Shown: positions 6,645-16,141 of the stretch, piece after piece
How positions within the stretch are numbered: the first letter of the stretch is position 1
Layout: the number at the start of each line of letters is the position of its first letter
From: a virus
Lineage: Duplodnaviria > Caudoviricetes
Strand: one strand, 5' to 3'
Length of the DNA: 64,000 bases
Virus record (IMG/VR): IMGVR_UViG_3300005844_000001
Span: 1 to 64,000 of that record
Translations under genes and position numbers: made by a program
Notes under the pieces: generated by a model
What the model saw: only the letters and a program-made list of their open reading frames with translations
What the model was told of the DNA's origin: nothing
Databases searched by the model: none

Positions 6645-7993
6645 AATTTCTCCGTTCGTATTATCTCCAGCAAGTCTTCGAAGATATTGAAGCTCTGAGC
6701 GTCTTCTTCTCCGTTCAATACTGCGTCCAAGATATCCGACTTCTTCCGCAGAATTCGCACCAGCTTCTCTTCGATAGTCCCTAACGCCGTCAAGTAATGA
6801 ATGACGACTTTCTTCTTTTGCCCAATCCGGTGGATGCGGTCTTCGCCCTGTAGCAAGTCGCCGGGACTCCAAGGGAAGTCCAGAGCTGCCGCGTTGCTGG
6901 CCGCATGCAAAGTAATTCCGACTCCAGCCGCTTTCCAATTTCCCAACAGCAGATTGACGCGACGATTGGATTGGAACTTCCGTACAGTCTCGTCCCGCTT
7001 GCGCCCGACTACGCGGCCATCGATAACGACGCTGGACGGGAATCTCTCTTTCAATTGGTCGATGACAAAAGTATGCATGGTCAACGCCACAAGTTTCTCC
7101 CCGGGGTGCGCGATAAAGAATTCCTCAATCCATTGCTTGGTCCATTCCATTTTCAACTTGGCTACGAGCCGCAACAGATATCCGACTTTGACGAGCGCCA
7201 GACTCTTCTTCGCCCGCATCGCTCGGGATGGGCTGGTCTCTTTGAGCCAGACCAGAAACTCGTTATCAGCCCTACGATATTCCTTGTAAGACGCCAGCCG
7301 GAACGGAACGATACGCCGAGTCTTGGCCGGCAGCTCCAGCAGCACGTCTTTCTTGAGCCGGCGAATCATGCACTCCGAGCGGAGAATCCGGTTCAGTTGT
7401 TTCAAGTTCGTTGCGCCATCGTATCTCCAGCCCCACGGAGTATATCGCGGCTTGCAATACGCCCAAGCATACTCTTCCCGGGATGGAAACAAATCGGGGC
7501 GGATGATTCGCAAGATGGACCAGAGCTCAATCGGCCGGTTCGTCAACGGAGTCCCGCTCAGCCCGATAACCGAAGAAGCTTTCTTGACCAGCCTCCGGCT
7601 GGCTCTGGTTCGTCTCGCTCTCGGCGTCTTCAGGTAATGCGCTTCGTCAAAGATTACCGTTTGCGGTTTAGCTTTCAATAGAACCGGCAACCACGATTCC
7701 AGGATATCGTAATTGATAATAACTACGGAGCCGGGAAGCGGCTGGCGTCGCTTCATCTGGCCTTCCAAGACTTCCGTCCGCATATTGAAGTGGATGGCCG
7801 CTTCCGACTGCCAAGTATATTTGACCGAAGCGGGGACTACGATAACGACTGGCCGTCGGCGTGGCGTCTTGAGAATCCAATAGAGCGATTGAATAGTCTT
7901 GCCCAATCCCATTTCATCAGCCAGCAAAGCTCGCCCTTTGAACGCTCGGATTTGACGAGCGCCAGCCAACTGAAATGGTTTAAGCTTGGTCAT
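6641..7993 (-). CDS. SNF2-family (SMARCAL1/HARP-like) helicase
   Basis: LLADEMGLGKT, DEAH, LSGTP, GVGITL, QGEDRIHRIGQ. Confidence 0.95.
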   Translation of the reverse strand: MTKLKPFQLAGARQIRAFKGRALLADEMGLGKTIQSLYWILKTPRRRPVVIVVPASVKYTWQSEAAIHFNMRTEVLEGQMKRRQPLPGSVVIINYDILESWLPVLLKAKPQTVIFDEAHYLKTPRARRTRASRRLVKKASSVIGLSGTPLTNRPIELWSILRIIRPDLFPSREEYAWAYCKPRYTPWGWRYDGATNLKQLNRILRSECMIRRLKKDVLLELPAKTRRIVPFRLASYKEYRRADNEFLVWLKETSPSRAMRAKKSLALVKVGYLLRLVAKLKMEWTKQWIEEFFIAHPGEKLVALTMHTFVIDQLKERFPSSVVIDGRVVGRKRDETVRKFQSNRRVNLLLGNWKAAGVGITLHAASNAAALDFPWSPGDLLQGEDRIHRIGQKKKVVIHYLTALGTIEEKLVRILRKKSDILDAVLNGEEDAQSFNIFEDLLEIIRTEKL

Positions 7994-8232
7994 TTCGCAT
8001 AATAAGCCGAGTCTAATTTTCCTTCGCGTTCTAATTCTTCAAGGTCTTTTTTGTCGTTGAAAAACTCGAAGCCCGTAATGTTTTGAGACATTGTATGCAT
8101 GTGACGAAACCGCTTATATTCGCCCGGCTTCCACGATTGATGCCGATACCACGATACGTCGGGGATGGTTTTCGTAAAAGGAACTTCGGTCAAGTTCTCT
8201 ACTTGCGGAGGAGTATCTTTGTTTGTTTTCAT
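7990..8232 (-). CDS. Hypothetical protein
   Basis: ORF coupled to the helicase start. Confidence 0.55.
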   Translation of the reverse strand: MKTNKDTPPQVENLTEVPFTKTIPDVSWYRHQSWKPGEYKRFRHMHTMSQNITGFEFFNDKKDLEELEREGKLDSAYYAK

Positions 8233-8236
8233 AAAT

Positions 8237-8809
8237 TTAATGAGCCCACACTTCCCAAAACCGCAATTCAATCTCTCGTTGCGCTCGCTCGATGCGTCGC
8301 TTGTCCAGGCCTTTGCTCTGGAGATATTCTTTGACTCTCGCCAGCAGTTGCTTCGGCGTCATCTTGCTCCCCAAGTCCAGACTTTCTCCGCGACGCGGGC
8401 CAGCAGCAATCCGCCCCACTTCCAGAATCTCCGCCGGGGTCTCCAGCAGGAGACTGATTATCTCTTGAGCGTCTTCCGACAAGCCACCAATCATATCCAT
8501 AATCTCGCTACGTTGCTCCGGCGCGAATCCAGTCAACTCGTCGTTCATCTCCGTGCAGATTAGCGGGTCTCTCGTCCGCTTCGTTATCCAGCTACGCAAG
8601 CTCGTCCAGACCTTAAAGTAGCACCAGGAAGAGAACTTAGAACCGCGGCGGCTATCGTAAGTTTGACAAGCGAGCATGAAGGCCAGATAAGCCTCGCTCC
8701 GCGACTCTTCGAAAGTTACTGGACAAGCTTGCGCGACTTTCCACGCCAGACTGCAGAGCATTTTTTCCACTTTGGGAAATTCAATTTGCGGGTCGATTTT
8801 ATTTGTCAT
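8237..8809 (-). CDS. Phage-encoded sigma70-family sigma factor (region 2 clear, region 4 divergent)
   Basis: EESRSEAYLAFMLACQTYDSRRGSKFSSWCYFKVWTSLRSWI matches the region 2.2-2.4 pattern (E.GL..A...FD..RG.KFSTYA...I); LSEDAQEIISL resembles region 4.1. Confidence 0.75.
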   Translation of the reverse strand: MTNKIDPQIEFPKVEKMLCSLAWKVAQACPVTFEESRSEAYLAFMLACQTYDSRRGSKFSSWCYFKVWTSLRSWITKRTRDPLICTEMNDELTGFAPEQRSEIMDMIGGLSEDAQEIISLLLETPAEILEVGRIAAGPRRGESLDLGSKMTPKQLLARVKEYLQSKGLDKRRIERAQREIELRFWEVWAH

Positions 8810-8860
8810 TTGTCGTTGGTTAGAAAGTATATCTTTCTTATATAGACGTCCAGTTTTATT

Positions 8861-8898
8861 TTGCCCAAGTTTTGAGACGTAGAGATAATACGCACGTG
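8861..8898 (+). promoter_or_regulatory. sigma70-like leaderless promoter of the SbcCD operon
   Basis: TTGCCC-N17-GATAAT-N6-GTG. Confidence 0.6.
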
Positions 8899-9954
8899 AA
8901 ACTAGAGTCGATTAAACTAAACAATTTCCAAGTGCACAAAGACTTGGAAGTAAAGTTTTCTCCGTCCATCACTACAATTAAGGGCAAGACTGACGCCGGC
9001 AAGAGTGCAGTCCTGCGGGCGTTGCGTTGGGTCTGCTTAAATGACACGGCAGGGGTGGACTTCATTAAGGAGGGGACCAAACGGGCTATCGTTACGCTGA
9101 CTGTCGTTCACGAGCCGGCTCCGTTAGTCCGGTTGGAAGAAGTGATAGTCCGCAGCAAGAACGTCGACGGAGCGACTAATACGTATGCACTAGACGGGAA
9201 GGAATTCAAAGCGTTCGGGCAAGGCGTCCCTCCGGACATCGCCAAAACCCTAGCTCTAAACGAAATCAATTTCCAGGGGCAGCACGACGCTCCGTTCTGG
9301 TTTGCTGAGACCGCTGGAGAAGTATCGCGCAAGCTGAACGCGGTAATTGACTTGTCGATTATCGATACGACGCTGGCTAATATCGGAGCTGAAGTCCGGC
9401 GGTCGCAAGAGCGGAAGTCTTTGTGCGAAGAGCGATTGAAAGAAGCGAAGACGCAACTGGAAGAGCTCGCCCCGCAGAGAGAACGGATTGAGGAATTTCG
9501 CAATGTTAAAGTCAAACAAACTACGCTTAAAGCCGTTGCTGAAGATTACGATAAACTGGCAGACGTCCTGGAGCGGGTCCGTGCCAATCCAGCGAGGGCC
9601 CTCGCTGCACAAGCAGCGGACGGCAGTACGCTATTGTCAGCGATGCTTTCCGCCCTTCGAGCGGAAAGCGCTGTTGAGGTGCTGGAGGAGATTGTAGAGG
9701 CGATAAGCAAGTGGCAAAGCAAAGCAAAGCCGCCGCCGGACTTCTTGCCCGTGCAGCGAGCGTGGAGTGAATGGCTCGGAGTAACAGACCACGCTGCGGA
9801 GCTTACCGAGCTAGTTGAGTCAGTAGAGAAAAAGCAGTCGGACTTTGCGCTCAGCGATATTGCTACTATACAAGCCGAAGCAAAGTTTCACGCTCAAGTG
9901 CGCGGCAAAGTTTGTCCGCTATGCAAGCAGATAATTGAACTTGATGAAAGATAA
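8896..9954 (+). CDS. sbcC: SbcC/Rad50-like ATPase, N-terminal half
   Basis: KLESIKLNNFQVH, Walker A GKTDAGKS, Q-loop QGQHD, coiled coil, terminal zinc hook CPLC; no Walker B. Confidence 0.9.
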   Translation: MKLESIKLNNFQVHKDLEVKFSPSITTIKGKTDAGKSAVLRALRWVCLNDTAGVDFIKEGTKRAIVTLTVVHEPAPLVRLEEVIVRSKNVDGATNTYALDGKEFKAFGQGVPPDIAKTLALNEINFQGQHDAPFWFAETAGEVSRKLNAVIDLSIIDTTLANIGAEVRRSQERKSLCEERLKEAKTQLEELAPQRERIEEFRNVKVKQTTLKAVAEDYDKLADVLERVRANPARALAAQAADGSTLLSAMLSALRAESAVEVLEEIVEAISKWQSKAKPPPDFLPVQRAWSEWLGVTDHAAELTELVESVEKKQSDFALSDIATIQAEAKFHAQVRGKVCPLCKQIIELDER

Positions 9955-10891
9955 GCTTTATCCAATAGCCGTTGCTGTTGCTGACTTGCATCTCTCTTTG
10001 CTCCAGCCGGCTTGCCGAGCCGATAAGAGCTGGACGGACGTGCAAGCGGGATACCTCGAGCAACTAAAAGAGATTGCTGAAATTCGAATGACAGACGGTT
10101 CGCTTAGAACTTTGCCTATCCTCTGCGCGGGAGATATTTTTGATAGATGGAACGCCAGCCCCGAGTTGATTAACTTTGCATTGCACTGGTTACCCGATGG
10201 TATGCTGTGCGTCCCTGGCCAGCACGACTTGCCGCTCCACCGGAGCGACTTGATGCACCGCTCCGGATACGGAGTATTGAAAAAAGTAGGGAAGATTAGA
10301 GACTTGTCCGAAGATGTGGTAACGATAGCAGCGGAGAGATTGATGGTGTATGGATACGGATGGGAGCAAGAAATTGAACCGCTGGAAAGTAAATCCCGAG
10401 ACCGCTTTCTCTACGTCGCCCTCATTCACCGCTACGTGTGGACGGTCGAAGCTGGCTATCCGGGAGCGCCACAGTCTTCGCACCTGAGCTCGCTAATGAA
10501 ACCATTGAAGGGCTACGACGTGGCAATTATCGGCGACAACCACAAGCCGTTTCTAAAAGAGCTCAAGAACGGCTGCACGGCCTACGGCTGCGGAACCTTT
10601 ATCCGCCGCAAGACCGACGAGATTGACTACGCTCCCAGCGTCGGGATAATTTACAGCGACGGCACGGTAAAGCGCAAGCGCCTCGATACGTCTGGCGACT
10701 TGTTTCACTTGAGCGCTATTGCCCGGCCGGAGACAGCTTTCAATATGAAAGAGTTTATCGAAGGGCTGGAAGAGCTCGGCGAGCACGGGCTGGACTTTAA
10801 GGCAGCCGTTGAGAATCACCTCAAGAATGAGGACGTTCATCCACAAGTAAAGGAAATTATCTTGGCTGCGTTAGATAATACGAGAGTATGA
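9935..10891 (+). CDS. sbcD: SbcD/Mre11-like metallophosphoesterase nuclease
   Basis: ADLH, AGDIFD, PGQHD, IH, GDNH motifs. Confidence 0.9.
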   Translation: MNLMKDKLYPIAVAVADLHLSLLQPACRADKSWTDVQAGYLEQLKEIAEIRMTDGSLRTLPILCAGDIFDRWNASPELINFALHWLPDGMLCVPGQHDLPLHRSDLMHRSGYGVLKKVGKIRDLSEDVVTIAAERLMVYGYGWEQEIEPLESKSRDRFLYVALIHRYVWTVEAGYPGAPQSSHLSSLMKPLKGYDVAIIGDNHKPFLKELKNGCTAYGCGTFIRRKTDEIDYAPSVGIIYSDGTVKRKRLDTSGDLFHLSAIARPETAFNMKEFIEGLEELGEHGLDFKAAVENHLKNEDVHPQVKEIILAALDNTRV

Positions 10892-11217
10892 AAGTAATGC
10901 CAGTTCAATGCAAGTCTTGTCCCTTCCGCAACGACGTGGACGAAGAGCACAAGTCGGTGATGGTGCCGACGATAGAAATGATAATAAGCCCGGGCGGAGC
11001 CTCCCGCATCTGCCACTCTACCGGCAAGAACAATATGTTTCATCGACGCACGGGCAAGCGGGAAATGATTTGCCGCGGAGCCCGAGACTTCCAGCTCAAG
11101 TTCCTTGCTGCAATTGGATTCTTAGACGCTCCAACAGACGCAGCGTGGCTAAAGAAGTGTCGGGAACTGAACATCGAACCAGACCAGGGAAAACTCGATG
11201 ACCGAAAAGCACGATAA
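10888..11217 (+). CDS. Cys-rich hypothetical protein
   Basis: CKSCPFR...ICH...ICRG; coupled to sbcD. Confidence 0.65.
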   Translation: MKVMPVQCKSCPFRNDVDEEHKSVMVPTIEMIISPGGASRICHSTGKNNMFHRRTGKREMICRGARDFQLKFLAAIGFLDAPTDAAWLKKCRELNIEPDQGKLDDRKAR

Positions 11218-11273
11218 AGATTGCGAGCTGGGAGATAACTACAAAGACTGTCCTGCTTGCCGAGAGAACAATT

Positions 11274-11519
11274 ATGAGCAACGAAATTACAGAAGAGAAA
11301 TACCGCAAGCTAAAACAAGAAGTAGAGAATACAAAAGCCGAAGCAGACCGGGCGCAAGGAGCCCTGGACCAGCTGCTCACCCGGCTGAAGGAGGAGTTTG
11401 ATTGCTCTAGCTTGAAGGAAGCAAAAGCCAAGCTGGCCGAGCTGGAAGCAAAGAAAAAGAAAGCGGAGTCCGTGTTTGAAAAAGTGCTGGCCGACTACGA
11501 GGAGAAATGGAAGCAATGA
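11274..11519 (+). CDS. Small coiled-coil protein (possible SbcC middle piece)
   Basis: 81 aa, K/E/A-rich heptads. Confidence 0.7.
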   Translation: MSNEITEEKYRKLKQEVENTKAEADRAQGALDQLLTRLKEEFDCSSLKEAKAKLAELEAKKKKAESVFEKVLADYEEKWKQ

Positions 11520-11575
11520 GACCCTGCCCGCCCGATAGAGACCCTATGTTTTGGAGGGAAGATGAGGAGAATAGA

Positions 11576-12145
11576 ATGACGGACCTTGCTGCCGAAGAAA
11601 AAGAAATAGTCGAGCTGGCGCTCCGTTTGTCTCATTTGAAAGGGGCGGTCGAGGACGAGACCGACGCGCTAAAGAAAGCGGAGCGCACCTTGCAGCGCAC
11701 GCAGGACGCCCAAGAGATACTTCAACTCATCGCCCAAGCCGTCCAGCAGCAAGCTCACGAAAAGATTTCTACTGTAGTTACCAAATGCCTCGAGTCCGTC
11801 TTTGAAGACCCTTACGCTTTCAAAATAGAATTTGAACGTAAGCGGGGACGGACCGAGGCAACCTTACGCTTTATCCGGCGAGAGCTCGACGCGGACCCGC
11901 TAAGCTCGACTGGCGGTGGCGTGGTCGATATCGCTGCTTTCGCGTTGCGCGTCGCTTGCTTGATGCTCCATCGCCCTCGCTTGAGCCGAGTCGTTATCCT
12001 AGACGAGCCGTTCAAGTTTGTCAGCGCTCAGTATCGGGAGAATGTGCGGACGATGCTGGAAGAGCTGGCTAAAGATTTGCAGATTCAAATTGTAATGGTT
12101 ACTCATTCCGAAGAGTATGAAACCGGAAAGATAATCGAGTTATGA
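11576..12145 (+). CDS. sbcC: SbcC/Rad50-like ATPase, C-terminal half
   Basis: Coiled coil, signature-like SSTGGG, Walker B ILDEPF, H-loop MVTH. Confidence 0.88.
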   Translation: MTDLAAEEKEIVELALRLSHLKGAVEDETDALKKAERTLQRTQDAQEILQLIAQAVQQQAHEKISTVVTKCLESVFEDPYAFKIEFERKRGRTEATLRFIRRELDADPLSSTGGGVVDIAAFALRVACLMLHRPRLSRVVILDEPFKFVSAQYRENVRTMLEELAKDLQIQIVMVTHSEEYETGKIIEL

Positions 12146-12339
12146 AGCCGCTAGAAGACTTATCCCCAATGCCCTTCGGCAAACATAAGGGCGCTCCTAT
12201 GCAAGACGTGCCAGCTTCTTACCTGCACTGGCTTTGGACCAACGGCCTGAGTAAAGATAAACAAAGCTCCGTCGCTGACTATATCCGGCGGAACTTGCAC
12301 GCTTTGAAACAAGACCATCCAGACGGAATTTGGGATTGA
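12142..12339 (+). CDS. DUF3820-like small protein
   Basis: MPFGKHKG...DVPASYLHWL motif. Confidence 0.8.
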   Translation: MKPLEDLSPMPFGKHKGAPMQDVPASYLHWLWTNGLSKDKQSSVADYIRRNLHALKQDHPDGIWD

Positions 12340-12469
12340 TTCGGTAGCCTCTCCCACTGCAAGCTTTGCAGTGGTGCCCGTTGACTAAACACGAAGCGTC
12401 AAAAGCTCTCCCCGTCCCGTAGCAGGCTGCACAAGGAGCCACCTTCTTGTTCTGAGACGTCCCTCTCAT
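12197..12469 (-). CDS. DnaJ-type zinc-finger small protein
   Basis: Two CxxCxGxG motifs; preceded by TTGCAG-N16-TAATTT-N6-ATG; overlaps the convergent gene. Confidence 0.5.
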   Translation of the reverse strand: MRGTSQNKKVAPCAACYGTGRAFDASCLVNGHHCKACSGRGYRINPKFRLDGLVSKRASSAGYSQRRSFVYLYSGRWSKASAGKKLARLA

Positions 12470-12514
12470 GCCCGCAAATTAGCAGACTGGGGACTATCTG
12501 CAAGAACTTTTTAG

Positions 12515-15500
12515 CTAGGCGGGGTAGGCGGGAATAGTTTGCTGAGCGGTAATATTGACGAAAGCTCCGTCTCCGTTCGCGTCGAATATGCTCACGCGCC
12601 AGTAGTATAGCGCGTGCGCTCCGGCCGAATCCAGCGGGAGGCAGACGATAGTAGACGTCGGAATCTCGCTGGATTCCTCGTCAATCAAAGGAGTAACCGT
12701 CTCCGGGTCGAAGCTCTCCGTCTCTGACAGCCACAAAATCCAGCCGACCAGATTGCTTACAGAGGGGACTGTCCAGCTTAGGGTATAGCAGACTTGGTCA
12801 CTCTCTTCGCTTTGGATAACAGCGCTGAGCGCAGTCGGCGGAGTCGGAACGATAGCGAGGCTGCTAATCTCCAGCGAGCTGTAAGCCCACTCTCCTTGCC
12901 CTTCGTTGACTCCGGCCACGCGCACGTAGAACGTCCCGAGCAGGACTTGCAGCTGAATAGACGTGCGCGTAAGGACTCCGCGCTCCTGCCAGTTCTCTCC
13001 GTCTTCGCTCGTCTGCACGATGTAATACTGAGCGCCATACGCTGGCGGCCAGAGCACTTGCACGAGCGACGCCACGCCGCCGATTTGAGTAACCGTTACC
13101 GAGTCGACTGTTGGCAACGCCGGAACTTCTGGAGCCGCTGGCGGCAAGTTGAGCACCGGCGCTTCCAGAGAGTCGAAGGAATAAATCAAGTCATTGCTAT
13201 TGGCGGCGGAGATTCTAATCCGCTCTCCACCGAGGGGTTCCACCCGAACCACGCGCCAGTAGCGAGTCACTTCGGCTACTGTGCCGAATACGAATAGCAT
13301 CGGCTCAGTTTGCCCTCCGAGCAAGAAGTCTATAGCTGTTTCGTCCGACTGGATTTTTACCTGCTTCGGGTCGCTCGTCTCCCGTGCGATAAAGGGCCCA
13401 ATTACCTCTCCGGCTCTCCCGCGCAACGCAATTTGATACTCGGCTGTCTCAGCGAAGTCCAGCGGCTCCGATACATACAAGTTATACCAGTTGTCGCCCA
13501 TGTGAACTGCGTTGACGATATATCCAGCCTGCGCCCAATTCGGCACGTCATGGGCGAAAGCAAACAAGTCTCCGTAAGAAAGAATATGGCCTTCCAATCC
13601 AGTCTCAAACGTGATATTGTCCCGAAGGTATTTGTCTACAGCCAGCAAGTAAAGCGCCTCACGGTAAGCACGAGTCCGGTCCTGGCACCCGATAAACCGG
13701 ATATTTTGCGGGCGGTCTGTAGAGCCTCCCGGCAACGTGGCGTGAACTTGTTCCTGCTTGTAGCCGGTATCGGGGTCCGTATATTCCATCAGGATGGAAT
13801 CAAACTCGCCCAAGTCCCAAAGCTTTATCGACCAATCAAAACTGTCCTTGATGATATTGTCGGGAGTAAATAACGTGACTGGAATCTCTGCTGCAGCGTC
13901 CCGCTTCATCGAGATAAGCGAGCCGACGAGCATCGGCACAGCTCGGCCAACTCTAGCTACCGCCCGAGCTGCTTCCCATACTGTAATAGCGTCTCGAAAA
14001 GTAAAGTCAAAGTAGTCTCCACGGTCGCTATAAATAGCGTCCAGCGCTTCCAGCGCATCCCAGTCAAAGAACACGTCGTCAGTAATCCGAGCGCCGTAAG
14101 TACTCCAGAAGATATCAACGAAAGCCCACACAATACTCCGCGTAGCTACCGGAAGGATAATCGTCATCCCGTCAGAATCCCTACTAATAAGGAGCTTGCG
14201 CGTGCAAAGGACGTTGAGTTGCTTTTGGCTTTGAGAATTAAGGTTGTTCGTTGCGCGAATGATTACTGCGAGCATCGTCACCGCTCCGAACACCGGGTCT
14301 TCGTTCAAGTAAGTCCGCATCCCCGCCCACTCGGCTTCGTGCCCCGAGCGGTAAGAGTCATCGAACGTATCCGTCCGCCGCATCCGCACTTCGTAGCGAG
14401 CTGCCGTAACGCTGGTCCGGTAAGTCTTGCGCTGTGGCGTCGTGGTTGTCCCGGTAATCGTCAGCGCCGTAGTGGAAGTGGAAATCGTAGTAACAGTCTT
14501 GGTTACTCCTTCCCGGTCGGTCGGGTCGTTATCTCCAGCGTCGCTATAGACGGTAGTCACTGTCCCTTCTGGCGGGTCGCCTCCAACCCACGGAACGTAA
14601 GTAGTGGAAGTATGAGCCCAAACCCAGGTAATCGACGGAGCCCCGCGCCAGATAAGCGAGCGAGAAGTAGCGGTATAAACTTCCACTTGCTTGCCGATAA
14701 AGATATCTGCCCAAGCTCCGACCGGGTCGCCAGCGTCGTCGATGGTCCGCGCTTGCACTTGAATAGTAATGGAACGCGGAGACAAGCTGCCGTCGTCGTT
14801 GGCGTGGTAGAGTCCTTTAGGGAATAGCAAGTCTACTTGCAGCTGCACAGCTTCTGTATTTGCGGGGTTAGCCACGAACGGACCAATCCAACCATCTGGC
14901 AGAGGGTAGTCCTCTTGAGTAGCCGCAAGAACTTTCTGGCCGCCGGCTTCTGCTGAAGTATAGACGTTGGTCGGGAAGATAGTCACCTGCCCCGCTGGAG
15001 GGATAACTTCATACTGCACTTCCTGAAAGTTAGAGAGTAGCGTATCTCCGATTTTTATTTCCTCTATTTCATACTCCCCTTGCCCCAGACAGAACAAGCT
15101 AAACTGGTATTGGTCATTGTCGCGGTATTCGTAGTAGGGCCGCGCCGCGTAGGAAGGGTAGACTCGATTTCTCCCATAGTTGCATTCAATCGGCTCGGCC
15201 AGCCGGATGGAATTCGCCTGCCCCTTGATGGTATAAACGGGGTCGCTGGCCGGAGCTTCTCCAGGAGTCGTCGGGGTCGGCGTCGACATCAGCAGCGTGA
15301 CTCCGAGCATTACGATGGTAATGACGATGGAGATAATGGCTATCCAGGTGGCGGGGCATCCAGGCAACGTAAGGAAGTTAACCACGTCGTCCGGCTTGAG
15401 CAGGTAATCCCAGCCGGCTCGCAGCAACGGGTCTCCGTTGACGACACAAATAGTCGGGTGGTCAAAGTCCGGAGCTCTCAAGAAAGACTTCACCCACTCG

Positions 15501-15583
15501 CGGACAGATATCCCCGCTTCCACTATATGCTTCTCGGACTTCGCTGGCTCAAAAGCGTTCGGCGTATAGATTACGTAGGCCAT
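12515..15583 (-). CDS. Tail tip / host-specificity protein (lambda gpI+gpJ-like)
   Basis: Ubiquitin-like N-terminus, YGRNRVYP, tip-attachment region, FN3 C-terminus; follows NlpC/P60. Confidence 0.9.
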   Translation of the reverse strand: MAYVIYTPNAFEPAKSEKHIVEAGISVREWVKSFLRAPDFDHPTICVVNGDPLLRAGWDYLLKPDDVVNFLTLPGCPATWIAIISIVITIVMLGVTLLMSTPTPTTPGEAPASDPVYTIKGQANSIRLAEPIECNYGRNRVYPSYAARPYYEYRDNDQYQFSLFCLGQGEYEIEEIKIGDTLLSNFQEVQYEVIPPAGQVTIFPTNVYTSAEAGGQKVLAATQEDYPLPDGWIGPFVANPANTEAVQLQVDLLFPKGLYHANDDGSLSPRSITIQVQARTIDDAGDPVGAWADIFIGKQVEVYTATSRSLIWRGAPSITWVWAHTSTTYVPWVGGDPPEGTVTTVYSDAGDNDPTDREGVTKTVTTISTSTTALTITGTTTTPQRKTYRTSVTAARYEVRMRRTDTFDDSYRSGHEAEWAGMRTYLNEDPVFGAVTMLAVIIRATNNLNSQSQKQLNVLCTRKLLISRDSDGMTIILPVATRSIVWAFVDIFWSTYGARITDDVFFDWDALEALDAIYSDRGDYFDFTFRDAITVWEAARAVARVGRAVPMLVGSLISMKRDAAAEIPVTLFTPDNIIKDSFDWSIKLWDLGEFDSILMEYTDPDTGYKQEQVHATLPGGSTDRPQNIRFIGCQDRTRAYREALYLLAVDKYLRDNITFETGLEGHILSYGDLFAFAHDVPNWAQAGYIVNAVHMGDNWYNLYVSEPLDFAETAEYQIALRGRAGEVIGPFIARETSDPKQVKIQSDETAIDFLLGGQTEPMLFVFGTVAEVTRYWRVVRVEPLGGERIRISAANSNDLIYSFDSLEAPVLNLPPAAPEVPALPTVDSVTVTQIGGVASLVQVLWPPAYGAQYYIVQTSEDGENWQERGVLTRTSIQLQVLLGTFYVRVAGVNEGQGEWAYSSLEISSLAIVPTPPTALSAVIQSEESDQVCYTLSWTVPSVSNLVGWILWLSETESFDPETVTPLIDEESSEIPTSTIVCLPLDSAGAHALYYWRVSIFDANGDGAFVNITAQQTIPAYPA

Positions 15584-16017
15584 AATTTGTGACGGTAGAA
15601 TTTGATAACAAAGAACCCCTTCGGCCAAAGCCAATTCAAGGAGACTGCCTCGACATTTTGCGGCTGCAAACAATGAACGATTTTGCCACCGTCAGCTACT
15701 GCCCAAATACCGACGTGGTGCAGGATGGTATTCTTGCTCATCGCTACTCCGCACCCGTCAATCGGCTTGGCAATCTCGGTCCACGAGGCGCTTTCCTGCT
15801 CAACGATTTCCCGGAGCATCTTAGCAGCCGGCTTCGTATTCCATGGAAGCCCCGGAACTTCCGGCAGCTCGATACCGAATTCCTCTTTGTAGACGAGTCG
15901 CAAGAGTCCCCAGCAATCCACGCCTTGCTTGTCTCGACCGCCCGCTACCCAAGGAATCGACAAATACTTGTAAATCCAATGTAACTTGTTCTTTATCAAT
16001 ATGTTGCTTTGACTCAT
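15571..16017 (-). CDS. NlpC/P60 tail assembly protein (gpK-like)
   Basis: GVDCWGL...HHVGI...VH catalytic pattern. Confidence 0.9.
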   Translation of the reverse strand: MSQSNILIKNKLHWIYKYLSIPWVAGGRDKQGVDCWGLLRLVYKEEFGIELPEVPGLPWNTKPAAKMLREIVEQESASWTEIAKPIDGCGVAMSKNTILHHVGIWAVADGGKIVHCLQPQNVEAVSLNWLWPKGFFVIKFYRHKLWPT

Positions 16018-16141
16018 ACGCTAAAACGCAAGGAATTGAGATTTGCGCTCGCCCGGGAGCTTCGCTAGAGATTCTTCAACCGAACGCTTGAAAATCGCTC
16101 CTAGCGCAAAATCCGTTCGAAATTCGCTTAGATTCATACGC

